Assembly: GCF_000023205.1 (NCBI RefSeq)
Contig: NC_012803.1
Coordinates: forward strand, 900,001 to 932,000
DNA from: Micrococcus luteus NCTC 2665
GTDB taxonomy: Bacteria > Actinomycetota > Actinomycetes > Actinomycetales > Micrococcaceae
Direction: 5' to 3'
DNA: 32,000 nt
Part shown: positions 8,046 through 16,103 of the stretch, piece after piece
Layout of the letters: the number at the start of each line of letters is the position of its first letter
Position numbering within the stretch: the stretch's first letter is position 1
The notes under the pieces: model-generated
What the model saw: only the letters and a program-made list of their open reading frames with translations
Told to the model about the DNA's origin: nothing
Databases searched by the model: none
Translations under genes and position numbers: made by a program

Positions 8046-11000
8046 TCAGGCCCGGTGCCACCGCCGGCGGAGGCGCTGCCGGAGTCGGCCGAGGCGTCCG
8101 GCGTCGAGCTCGGACGGGGCCGCCCATCCCTGCTCGGCCCGGCGCTCCTGCTTGGCCGCCCGCTCGGCCGCGACGCGCTGCGCCTCCCGCTCGGCCGCGA
8201 CACGGCGCTCCTCCTGCAGGCGGCGCTCCCCGCGGACCTCGGTGAGCCGGTACAGCACGGGCACGAGCACGAGGGTGAGCAGGGTGGAGGACACCAGGCC
8301 GCCTACCACGGCCACCGCGAGGGGCTGGGAGATGAACCCCGCGTGCCCCGTGACGCCCAGGGCCATCGGGGTCATGGCCAGGACGGTGGCCAGGGCCGTC
8401 ATCACCACCGGGCGCACGCGGTTGAGCGCGCCCACCTCGATGGCCTCGTCCAAGGTCATTCCGCGGTCGCGTCGGTACTGGTTGATCAGGTCGATCAGCA
8501 CGATCGCGTTCGTCACCACGATGCCCACCAGCATGAGCAGCCCGATCATCGTGGACAGTCCCAGGGGCGTGCCGGTGGCCAGCAGCGCCAGGAACACGCC
8601 CGTGGCGGCGAAGGGGATCGACACGAGCAGCACGAGTGGCTGGCGCAGCGAGTTGAACGTCGCCACCAGCACGACGTACACGGTCGCCACGGCGGCCAGC
8701 AACGCCAGCCCGAGGTCCCGGAACGTCTGCGCCTGCTGCTCCGCCGCGCCGCCCACGGCCGCCGTGACGCCCTCGGGCAGGTCCAGCGCCGCCACGGCCT
8801 GCGTGACCCGGCGTGAGACGGCCCCGAGGTCCTCGTCGTCCGGGGTCACCGTGACGACGGCGGTCCGCTCGCCGTTCGAGGACGTCACCCGGGCGGGCAC
8901 CGACACCCGCGAGACCTCGGCGAGGTCTCCCAGCGGCACGGGCCCCTCGGCCGTCTCCACGGGCACCTGGCGCAGGGCGTCGAGGGACTCGACCGGCTCC
9001 GGGTCACCCAGCTGCACCGCGAAGCTCTCGAACCCGAAGCGGACCTCGCCCGCGGGCACGGCCTGCAGAGCGACGGCGGCCTGGCCGGCCACCGCCTCCT
9101 CGGTCAGGCCGAGCCGGGCGGCGGCGACGGTGTCCACGTCCACCTGGAACGTCGGGCGCAGGTCCGAGGCCGGCGTCGTCACCTCGCGGGCGCCCTCGAC
9201 GGGCCGCAGCGCCTGGGCGACCTGATCGGCGGCCGCGGTGAGGGCCTGCGGGTCGGGGGCGGAGACGGACACCTCGATGTCCTGGCTGCCGCTCGGCCCC
9301 TGCTGCGTGGAGACGGACACGTCGCCCACGCCGTCGAGACCGGTGAGCTCGGCGCGCACCCCCTCCTGGAGGGCCACCTGATCCGCATCCGGGTCGGTCA
9401 CCACCGTGAACCGCGCCCGGTCCGCCGAGGAGCCGCCGAAGGCCCCCATCGGACCGGCGGCGGTGCCGGCCGTCCACTGGACGGTCTCGACGCCGTCGGT
9501 GTCCAGCAGCACCCGCTCGATGCGCTCGGCGGCGGCGGCCGTCGTCTCCAGCGACGCCCCCGGCTCCTGCTCCGCCGTGACGACGAACGAGTTCTGTCCC
9601 GAGTCGCCCAGGAGGTTCGTGGGGATCAGCGGGACCAGCGCGGCCGTGCCGGCCAGCAGCGCCAGGGCGGCGGCGAGGGTGACCACGGTGTGCCGCTGCG
9701 TCCAGCGCAGCACCGGGCGGTAGGCCCGCGTGAGCCATCCGCCGGCCGCCACGGGCCGGTCGCCGGCGACGGCGGGCGCGGCCGCGGTCTCGGCCCCGCG
9801 CCGTGGGGCGCGCAGGAACCACCAGCACAGCACCGGCACGATCGTCAGGGCGACGACGAGCGAGGCCAGCAGGGCGACCGTGGCGGTCACGGCGAAGGGC
9901 CGGAACAGCTCGCCGGCCAGGCCGCCCACGAAGGCGATGGGCAGGAACACGGACACGGAGACCAGGGTGGAGGCCGTGATAGCGGTGGCGACCTCGCGCG
10001 TGCCGTCCAGGATCGCGGTGCGCCGGTCGGCGCCCAGGCCGAGGTGCCGGCGGATGTTCTCCACCACCACGATCGCGTCGTCCACGACCCGGCCGATCGA
10101 GATCGTCAGCGCCCCGAGCGTCAGCGTGTTGAGGGAGTAGCCGAAGGCCGCCACCCCGATGAGGGCGGCCAGCAGGGACAGCGGAATGGACACGGCGGTG
10201 ACGAGGGTGGAGCGCACCGAGAGCAGGAACACGGCGATCACCAGCACGGCGAACGCCAGGCCCAGCAGGCCCTCCTGGAACAGCGTGTCGATGGACTGCT
10301 GGATGAACGGGGCCTGGTCGAACACCACGGTCAGGTCCGCGCCGCCGCCCACCAGGGACGCCAGCTCCGGCAGGGCGTCGCGCACGGCCTGCGAGACCGC
10401 CACGAGGTCGGCGTCCGGGGTCGCGGTCACGGAGACGGACAGCGTCGGCACCCCGTCGGTGCGGGTGAGGGACGTGGGGGCCGCGGCCACGAGGGTGACG
10501 TCGGCGACCTCGTCCAGGGTGCGCGGTTCGCCGTCCCCGGAGGGAGCGACGACGATCCCGCGCAGGCCCTCGAGGTCCTCGACGGCGGAGCCCGCCTGGA
10601 CGGGATAGGTGGTCGCGCCCTCGGTGACCTGGCCGACGGGGAAGAGGCCGGCGTTCTCCTCGAGTGCGTCGGTGATGTCGGAGGTGGTCAGCCCGGCGGC
10701 GGCGAGCGCGGCCGGGTCCGGGACCACGGAGACGTTCTCGTCTGTGCCGCCGAGGACGTCGGCGCCGCGGACGCCGTCGATCTTCTGCAGCCGCGGGGCC
10801 AGGACGTCCTCGGCGCGGCGGCGCAGGGTGTTGAGGTCCTCGTCCCCGGACAGGGCGAGGAAGAGCACCGGGAAGTCGGAGACGGAGCCCGCGAAGGACG
10901 AGGTCTCCGCCTCCTCCGGCAGCTGCGGCCCCAGGTTGGCGACCACCCGGTCCACCTGGGACCGGGCCCGGTTCAGGTCGGTGCCGTACGCGAACTCCAG

Positions 11001-11279
11001 CTGGACCGCGTTGAAGCCGGACTGCGACGTGGACCGCGAGGATTCGAGGCCCTCCACGGCCTGCAGGGCCGTCTCGAGGGGCTCGCCCACCTGCGCGTCC
11101 ACGACCTCGGGGGACGCCCCCGGGTAGAGCGTCGAGACGGAGATGACGGGCAGCTCGAGCGGGGGGATCAGCTCCCGCTTGAGCTGCCCGGCGGAGAGGA
11201 CGCCGAACACCGCGATGAACACGGTGACGAGCGCCACGAGCGCCCGCCGGCCGAGTGAGAACCGTGCGAGCGCTCCCAT
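8046..11279 (-). CDS. RND-superfamily efflux transporter permease (AcrB-like, 12-TM) with a charged C-terminal extension
   Basis: 1077 aa. The N-terminus LVTVFIAVFGVLSAGQLKRELIPPLELPVISVSTLYPGASPEVVDAQVGEPLE parallels TM1 plus the porter start of AcrB. There are two large extracytoplasmic loops and two 6-TM halves (..GRVVDDAIVVVENI.. / ..GIVVTNAIVLIDLI..). The roughly 65-aa Arg/Glu-rich tail is atypical. Confidence 0.9.
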   Translation of the reverse strand: MGALARFSLGRRALVALVTVFIAVFGVLSAGQLKRELIPPLELPVISVSTLYPGASPEVVDAQVGEPLETALQAVEGLESSRSTSQSGFNAVQLEFAYGTDLNRARSQVDRVVANLGPQLPEEAETSSFAGSVSDFPVLFLALSGDEDLNTLRRRAEDVLAPRLQKIDGVRGADVLGGTDENVSVVPDPAALAAAGLTTSDITDALEENAGLFPVGQVTEGATTYPVQAGSAVEDLEGLRGIVVAPSGDGEPRTLDEVADVTLVAAAPTSLTRTDGVPTLSVSVTATPDADLVAVSQAVRDALPELASLVGGGADLTVVFDQAPFIQQSIDTLFQEGLLGLAFAVLVIAVFLLSVRSTLVTAVSIPLSLLAALIGVAAFGYSLNTLTLGALTISIGRVVDDAIVVVENIRRHLGLGADRRTAILDGTREVATAITASTLVSVSVFLPIAFVGGLAGELFRPFAVTATVALLASLVVALTIVPVLCWWFLRAPRRGAETAAAPAVAGDRPVAAGGWLTRAYRPVLRWTQRHTVVTLAAALALLAGTAALVPLIPTNLLGDSGQNSFVVTAEQEPGASLETTAAAAERIERVLLDTDGVETVQWTAGTAAGPMGAFGGSSADRARFTVVTDPDADQVALQEGVRAELTGLDGVGDVSVSTQQGPSGSQDIEVSVSAPDPQALTAAADQVAQALRPVEGAREVTTPASDLRPTFQVDVDTVAAARLGLTEEAVAGQAAVALQAVPAGEVRFGFESFAVQLGDPEPVESLDALRQVPVETAEGPVPLGDLAEVSRVSVPARVTSSNGERTAVVTVTPDDEDLGAVSRRVTQAVAALDLPEGVTAAVGGAAEQQAQTFRDLGLALLAAVATVYVVLVATFNSLRQPLVLLVSIPFAATGVFLALLATGTPLGLSTMIGLLMLVGIVVTNAIVLIDLINQYRRDRGMTLDEAIEVGALNRVRPVVMTALATVLAMTPMALGVTGHAGFISQPLAVAVVGGLVSSTLLTLVLVPVLYRLTEVRGERRLQEERRVAAEREAQRVAAERAAKQERRAEQGWAAPSELDAGRLGRLRQRLRRRWHRA
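8159..8201 (-). repeat. 16-nt perfect direct repeat, period 27 nt, inside the RND C-terminal tail
   Basis: cccgctcggccgcgac occurs at 8159-8174 and 8186-8201. This is an in-frame 9-codon duplication encoding VAAEREAQR / VAAERAAKQ. Confidence 0.8.
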
Positions 11280-11286
11280 CGCGGCG

Positions 11287-12771
11287 TCAGGCCAGCTTCA
11301 GTGCGGCGTCCGTGACGGTGCGGACCTCGTCCAGCAGCGCCGGGTCGTCGTTGAGCGTGTGGCCCAGCGACGGGATGAGCTCCTTGAGCGTGCCGTCCCA
11401 GCCGGCCGTCTTCGCGGGGAAGCAGCGCTCGAGCAGCTTCACCATGATGGGGGCAGCGGTGGAGGCGCCCGGCGAGGCGCCGAGCAGGCCGCCGAGCGAG
11501 CCGTCCGCGTGGGTGACGACCTCGGTGCCGAACTGCAGGACGCCGCCGAAACGGCCCTTGCGCTTCATCACCTGCACGCGCTGGCCCGCGGTGATCAGCT
11601 CCCACTCGCCGCCGTCGGCCTCCGGGTAGAACTCGTGCAGCGCGTCGATCTTCTTGTCCCGGGACTTCAGCACCTCGGTCACGAGATACTTGGTCAGGTC
11701 CACGTTGTCCTTGGCCACGTCCAGCATTGTGGTGAGGTTGTGCGGGCGCACGGACAGCGGCAGGTCCAGGTAGGAGCCGGTCTTGAGGAAGTTCGTGGAG
11801 AACCCGGCGTAGGGGCCGAACAGCAGGGAGCGCTTGCCGTTGACGAACCGGGTGTCCAGGTGGGGCACGGACATCGGGGGGGCGCCGACGGCGGCCTGGC
11901 CGTACACCTTGGCCATGTGCTGGTTGACCACGGACTCGTCCGTGCAGCGCAGGAACTGGCCGGAGACCGGGAAGCCGCCGAAGCCCTTGATCTCGGGGAT
12001 GCCGGACTTCTGCAGCAGGGGCAGGGCGCCGCCGCCGGCACCGACGAAGACGAAGCGGGCGCGGTCCACGACCTCGGAACCGGCGGCCTTGTTCTTGACC
12101 TTGACCTCCCAGCGGCCGTCCGTGCCGCGGGTGAGGCCGGTGACCTTGTGACCGAAGCGCACCTCGGCGCCGGCGCCGGCCATGGCCGTGACGAGCTGGC
12201 GGGTGAGGGAGCCGAAGTCCACATCGGTGCCGCCCGTGTGGCGGGACGCCGCCAGGCGCTGGCCCGACTCGCGGCCCTCGATCAGCAGCGGGGCCCAGGC
12301 GCGGATCTGCTCCGGGTCCTCGCTGTGCTCCATGCCGGCGAACACCGGCTGGGCGGACATGGCCTCGTAGCGGGCGCGGAGGTAGTCGGCGTGGTCGTCG
12401 CCCCACACGAAGGACATGTGCGGCAGCGGGTTGATGAAGGACTTGGGGTCCTTGAGCGTGCCGTCCACCACCAGGGAGGACCAGAACTGGCGGGTGATCC
12501 AGAACTGCTCGTTGATGCCCAGCGCCTTGGTGACGTCCACCCGGCCGTTCTTGTCCATGGGCGAGTAGTTCAGCTCGCAGAGGGCGGCGTGGCCGGTGCC
12601 CGCGTTGTTCCACGGGTCAGAGGACTCCAGACCGGCCTGGTCGAGGTTCTCGTACAGGGCGATGGACCAGGTGGGCTCGAGCTTCTGCAGCAGCACGCCC
12701 AGGGTGGCGCTCATGATGCCGCCGCCGATCAGGACAACGTCGTGGGTGGCGGTGGACGAGGTGGTGGGCAC
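11287..12771 (-). CDS. mqo: Malate:quinone oxidoreductase
   Basis: [19 protein letters not shown] is the FAD fold. [22 protein letters not shown] and GASPGASTA are typical Mqo blocks. The start is placed at GTG 12771 because the minus strand reads cAGGAGttgaccGTG. The track start at 12810 has no SD sequence. Confidence 0.92.
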   Translation of the reverse strand: MPTTSSTATHDVVLIGGGIMSATLGVLLQKLEPTWSIALYENLDQAGLESSDPWNNAGTGHAALCELNYSPMDKNGRVDVTKALGINEQFWITRQFWSSLVVDGTLKDPKSFINPLPHMSFVWGDDHADYLRARYEAMSAQPVFAGMEHSEDPEQIRAWAPLLIEGRESGQRLAASRHTGGTDVDFGSLTRQLVTAMAGAGAEVRFGHKVTGLTRGTDGRWEVKVKNKAAGSEVVDRARFVFVGAGGGALPLLQKSGIPEIKGFGGFPVSGQFLRCTDESVVNQHMAKVYGQAAVGAPPMSVPHLDTRFVNGKRSLLFGPYAGFSTNFLKTGSYLDLPLSVRPHNLTTMLDVAKDNVDLTKYLVTEVLKSRDKKIDALHEFYPEADGGEWELITAGQRVQVMKRKGRFGGVLQFGTEVVTHADGSLGGLLGASPGASTAAPIMVKLLERCFPAKTAGWDGTLKELIPSLGHTLNDDPALLDEVRTVTDAALKLA

Positions 12772-12876
12772 GGTCAACTCCTGAAGCAGAACGACGGCGG
12801 GTGGGCGCACTGGAACCGGGCCGAGCAGAGGCGGTCGGGCCGAGCGCCGTGAGCTCCCACTGTACTACCGGTGGGT

Positions 12877-14541
12877 TCAGCCTTCGGTCAGCCTGACGCG
12901 CGAGAACGGCTCGTCCAGCTGCGGCGACGTCGGGTAGGAGGCCACGCGCGGGCCGGTGGCCAGGGCCGAGATCGGGTAGACCAGCGGCAGCGCCGGCAGG
13001 TCGAGGGCCATGGCCCGAACGACACGGCGGAACAGGCCGCGGCGCGCGTCGTCGTCGGTCTCGGCCGCCGCCGCGTCCACGTCCTCGACCACGCGCGGGT
13101 TGCGGTAGCCGGTCTCGGCGCGGCCCGAGCGCGCGAAGGGCTCGAGGAACGCGTGCGGGTCGCGGTAGTCGCCGGTGCGGCCCATCAGGTGCAGGGCTCG
13201 GGTGGGCCGGGAGACGACGGCGTGCAGGTAGTCCTGGTCCTCCGGCACGGGCACGGGCACGATGTGCATCCCCACCGCGCCGAGGTCGTGCGAGACCATC
13301 GCGTAGACCCGCTCCGGCTCGGGCAGGGAGGGACGGGCCGTGCCGGCCGGGTAGAGGAACTCCAACGGCTCCCCGTCGTATCCCGCCAGGTCGAGGAACT
13401 CGCGGGCCCGGTCCGGGTTGACGTCGTAGCGCCGCGCCTCCTCGTCGCCGACGCCGAGGGACGGGGGGACGATGTCGTGGGCCAGGCGGGTGCCCTCGAG
13501 GAAGACGTCGCTGCCGGCGATGCGCGGGCGATCCACCGCGTACGCGATCGCCTGGCGCAGGTACTGCGCGCGCACGAGCGGATGGTCCAGGTTCATGCCC
13601 ACGTAGAGCACGCCCAGGGGGTCCCGGGGCAGCACCTGGGTGCCGGCCTCGACGAGGGGGCGCAGCTGGCCGGGGGCGACGACGTCGATCACGTCCGCCG
13701 TGCCGCGCCGCAGCTCCCGCAGGCGCACGGAGGCCCGACCCCACGCCTGCACGGCCACCGGGTACGCTGCCGGATCGGAGCCGCGGTGGCGGGCGCTGGG
13801 GACCAGGATCGTCGCGCCCGAGGCACCCGGGTGGGCGCGCGTGAGCTCGGCGGTCTCCGCGGCGTCGGCCCAGCGGTAGGGGCCGGTGCCGGCGGGGGTG
13901 GTGACCTCGGAGCCGTCCACGTCGACCGTGCGGTCCCACGAGGCCGGCGAGGAGATCGCGAAGGCCGGCGAGGCCAGCGCGGCCGCGAGGTGGCGGCGGG
14001 GGGAGTGCAGGCGCAGCCGCACCTCGAGCTCTCCGTGGGCCTCGACGCCGGCGAAGGCGGAGTCCGCGTCCCCGGCGTATCCGCCGAAGGCCGAGACGAA
14101 CGAGGAGGGCGGGGTGACGGTCCCGTCCACGGGCGCGGGGGCAGCGGCCCACCGCTCGATGTTCGCGACCACGGCGGCGGCGTCGCACGGCTCGCCGTCG
14201 TCGAACACCACCCCGGAGACCAGGTGGAACGTGTGGAGGCGGCCGCCGTCGGACTCCTCGTGCCGCTCGGCGAGGTGGGGCGTGGGGGCGCCGGTGTCCG
14301 GGTCCACACCGAGCAGCGTCTCGAAGACCTGGCGGATCAGACGGAAGGACTCGACGTCCAGCGCGCGGGCCGGATCCCGCGTCAGCGCCCGCGCCGGGGC
14401 ACCGACCACGAGCAGCCGGCCTGGTCCCGAGGAGGTCGGGGCGGCGGTGGACGGCGCCGCGGGCGACGTCGTGCAGCCGGCCACGCCCAGGCCGAGCAGG
14501 CCCAGCCCCCCGCCGAGGAAGGCGCGGCGAGTGGGCTGCAT
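12877..14541 (-). CDS. ABC-transporter family-5 (peptide/nickel type) solute-binding lipoprotein with Tat signal; no cognate permease or ATPase nearby
   Basis: The start at ATG 14541 is preceded by AGAGGAGG 5 nt upstream. MQPTRRAFLGGGLGLLGLGVAGC is a twin-arginine signal plus lipobox. DVESFRLIRQVFETLLGVDPDTG..HLAERHEES.DGRLHTFHLVSGVVFDDGEP matches the SBP_bac_5 signature region. The first 48 codons of track ORF 12877..14685 are a read-through of the tRNA-Leu gene. Confidence 0.85.
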   Translation of the reverse strand: MQPTRRAFLGGGLGLLGLGVAGCTTSPAAPSTAAPTSSGPGRLLVVGAPARALTRDPARALDVESFRLIRQVFETLLGVDPDTGAPTPHLAERHEESDGGRLHTFHLVSGVVFDDGEPCDAAAVVANIERWAAAPAPVDGTVTPPSSFVSAFGGYAGDADSAFAGVEAHGELEVRLRLHSPRRHLAAALASPAFAISSPASWDRTVDVDGSEVTTPAGTGPYRWADAAETAELTRAHPGASGATILVPSARHRGSDPAAYPVAVQAWGRASVRLRELRRGTADVIDVVAPGQLRPLVEAGTQVLPRDPLGVLYVGMNLDHPLVRAQYLRQAIAYAVDRPRIAGSDVFLEGTRLAHDIVPPSLGVGDEEARRYDVNPDRAREFLDLAGYDGEPLEFLYPAGTARPSLPEPERVYAMVSHDLGAVGMHIVPVPVPEDQDYLHAVVSRPTRALHLMGRTGDYRDPHAFLEPFARSGRAETGYRNPRVVEDVDAAAAETDDDARRGLFRRVVRAMALDLPALPLVYPISALATGPRVASYPTSPQLDEPFSRVRLTEG

Positions 14542-14589
14542 GGCGGCCTCCTCTGGCAGGTGACGTCGGGATCGGGCGGGCCCGGGGAG

Positions 14590-14670
14590 TGCGGGCGGGG
14601 GGACTCGAACCCCCACGTCCAGGACACTGGAACCTAAATCCAGCGCGTCTACCAGTTCCGCCACGCCCGC
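14590..14670 (-). tRNA. tRNA-Leu, anticodon UAG (class II, long variable arm)
   Basis: The minus strand reads GCGGGCGTGGCGGAACTGGTAGACGCGCTGGATTTAGGTTCCAGTGTCCTGGACGTGGGGGTTCGAGTCCCCCCGCCCGCA. It folds with a 7-bp acceptor stem, the anticodon stem CTGGA/TCCAG with loop TTTAGGT, the variable arm GTCC/GGAC, and a T-arm GGGGG-TTCGAGT-CCCCC. CCA is not encoded. Confidence 0.95.
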
Positions 14671-14735
14671 GCACACCCCGCGCACGGGGCGAGGCCCGAT
14701 CCTACCGTGCGGTACCGGGGCGCGTCGGGCGCGGA

Positions 14736-15224
14736 TCAGGCCTCGTCGAGGCCGAGGGTGCGGCGCAGTCGGGCCACGTGGCCGGTCGCCTTCACGTTGT
14801 ACTGCGCGTGGGTGACCTTCCCGTCCGGGCCGACGACGATCGTGGAGCGGATCAGACCCTCGAAGGTCCGCCCGTAGTTCTTCTTCTCGCCCCAGGCGCC
14901 GTAGGCCTCGGCCACCGCGTGGTCCTCATCCGAAAGCAGGGGGAACGTCAGGCCCTCCTGCTCGGCGAACCGGATGATCTTGCCGATCGGGTCGGGGGAG
15001 ATCCCCAGGACGACGTAACCGGCCGCGGTGAGGGAGGCGAGGCTGTCCCGGAAGTCGCAGGCCTGCGTCGTGCAGCCGGGCGTGGACGCGGCCGGGTAGA
15101 AGTAGACGATCGTGTGCTTGCCCGCGCTGTCGCGCAGCGAGACGGGCCGGCCCTCCTGGTCCTGGAGGGTGAACGCAGGTGCCGTGTCGCCGGGCTGGAG
15201 GCGGTGCTGGGTCGTGTCGGTCAT
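14736..15224 (-). CDS. bcp: Thiol peroxidase Bcp (atypical 2-Cys peroxiredoxin)
   Basis: The 162-aa product starts MTDTTQHRLQPGDTAPAFTLQDQEG and contains VYFYPAASTPGCTTQACDFRD (Cys-x4-Cys Bcp motif). The upstream part of track ORF 14736..15527 runs through a hairpin and the tRNA-Lys gene. Confidence 0.93.
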   Translation of the reverse strand: MTDTTQHRLQPGDTAPAFTLQDQEGRPVSLRDSAGKHTIVYFYPAASTPGCTTQACDFRDSLASLTAAGYVVLGISPDPIGKIIRFAEQEGLTFPLLSDEDHAVAEAYGAWGEKKNYGRTFEGLIRSTIVVGPDGKVTHAQYNVKATGHVARLRRTLGLDEA

Positions 15225-15231
15225 GGGCCCC

Positions 15232-15237
15232 AGCCTA
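15232..15237 (-). promoter_or_regulatory. Candidate -10 hexamer TAGGCT for a leaderless bcp transcript
   Basis: The minus strand reads TAGGCT-GGGGCCC-ATG, with a 7-nt spacer to ATG 15224. It lies just downstream of the tRNA-Lys terminator hairpin. Confidence 0.4.
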
Positions 15238-15267
15238 CGGTGGGGCCTGCCGGGGAGCGGGGACGAG

Positions 15268-15299
15268 GAAGGCCCCGTCTCCGTGGAGACGGGGCCTTC
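15268..15299 (-). terminator. Perfect 15-bp hairpin downstream of tRNA-Lys
   Basis: GAAGGCCCCGTCTCC / GGAGACGGGGCCTTC, with only 2 central unpaired nt so the apical pairs must open. It sits 12 nt after the tRNA-Lys 3' end and upstream of bcp. There is no clear U-tract, as is common in GC-rich actinobacteria. Confidence 0.6.
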
Positions 15300-15310
15300 G
15301 CTTCGTGTGG

Positions 15311-15383
15311 TGCACCCCCCGGGACTCGAACCCGGAACCTGCTGATTAAGAGTCAGATGCTCTACCGGTTGAGCTAGAGGTGC
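15311..15383 (-). tRNA. tRNA-Lys, anticodon CUU
   Basis: The minus strand reads GCACCTCTAGCTCAACCGGTAGAGCATCTGACTCTTAATCAGCAGGTTCCGGGTTCGAGTCCCGGGGGGTGCA (73 nt). The anticodon loop is CTCTTAA and the T-arm is CCGGG-TTCGAGT-CCCGG. There is one 27:43 mismatch. Confidence 0.93.
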
Positions 15384-15450
15384 AGGTGCCGCACCGCCTC
15401 TCGGATCTCTCCGGTGCGCCGTGCAACGAGGTGAAACCCTACCAGGGGTT

Positions 15451-15999
15451 TCAGACGCCGTGCAAATCTGGGGGCGTGACGTCCGTCGTGTCCGGCTCCG
15501 GGGCCGCGTAGAGGCGGTCCAGCTCATCCATGAACGCGGTCATGAAGGCGTGGAAGTCGGTGGCGTCCTCGGCCTGGTCGAGCTCCGCGGTGCCGTCCTC
15601 CGTGAGGTCGCCCACCGGGACGCGCGTGTGCTCCGGGACGTCGAACCACGTGCGGAAGCCCGTGACGGTCTCCACCTGATAGCCGCTGCCCGTGTCCGCC
15701 ACGGTGGCCACGTTGGCCAGGCCCACCTCGACGACGTCGGCGCCGTCCGCGGAGGCCTCGGTCACCGGGCCGTGCGGGTCGTCCTCGGCCACGCCCGGCG
15801 CCCGGCGGTTGTGGTCGTCCGGGGTGGAGGTGGGGTCGAACGGGCACAGCAGCATCTCGAGCGGCTGGTGGCGGTAGCCGATGACGAGGGGGGAGGAGGA
15901 GCCCGAGGGCTGGCCGTAGACGACGTTGTAGTCGCCATGGTTGAACACGCGCGCATCGAAGACGCGGCGCAGCCGTCTGTGCAGGGTGGGCGTGTCCAT
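15451..15999 (-). CDS. Hypothetical acidic cytoplasmic protein (182 aa), no family recognised
   Basis: G/C occupies nearly every third codon position across the ORF. The start at ATG 15999 is supported by TACGTT 6 nt upstream. An alternative ATG lies at 16035. The product starts [30 protein letters not shown] and has an Asp/Glu-rich C-terminal half. No TM segment or signal peptide is evident. Confidence 0.65.
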   Translation of the reverse strand: MDTPTLHRRLRRVFDARVFNHGDYNVVYGQPSGSSSPLVIGYRHQPLEMLLCPFDPTSTPDDHNRRAPGVAEDDPHGPVTEASADGADVVEVGLANVATVADTGSGYQVETVTGFRTWFDVPEHTRVPVGDLTEDGTAELDQAEDATDFHAFMTAFMDELDRLYAAPEPDTTDVTPPDLHGV

Positions 16000-16005
16000 G
16001 GCTCC

Positions 16006-16011
16006 AACGTA
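16006..16011 (-). promoter_or_regulatory. Candidate -10 hexamer TACGTT for a leaderless transcript of the 15451..15999 gene
   Basis: The minus strand reads TACGTT-GGAGCC-ATG, with a 6-nt spacer. Confidence 0.4.
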
Positions 16012-16090
16012 CGCGGACCCGTCCGCACGTGTCATGCCGCCGCACCCGTCACACGGGGACGTCGCTCCGGCCCGGTGGCGCCGTGCTCAC

Positions 16091-16096
16091 TAGACT
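16091..16096 (+). promoter_or_regulatory. Candidate -10 hexamer TAGACT for a leaderless ilvD transcript
   Basis: TAGACT-CCGCGGC-ATG, with a 7-nt spacer to ATG 16104. Confidence 0.4.
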
Positions 16097-16103
16097 CCGC
16101 GGC

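Noticed and set aside
14542-14685. N-terminal extension of the binding-protein ORF (MRGVCAGVAELVDALDLGSS...) and the extension of the bcp ORF up to 15527.
   Set aside because: The extensions are translations of the tRNA-Leu and tRNA-Lys genes and of the terminator hairpin. Real starts with an SD sequence or a -10 hexamer lie downstream.
12811-15450. Possible tRNA-targeted genomic island next to tRNA-Leu or tRNA-Lys.
   Set aside because: No integrase or recombinase is present. I could find no direct repeat of either tRNA 3' end nearby, and composition does not shift. The flanking genes (binding protein, bcp, mqo) are ordinary chromosomal functions.
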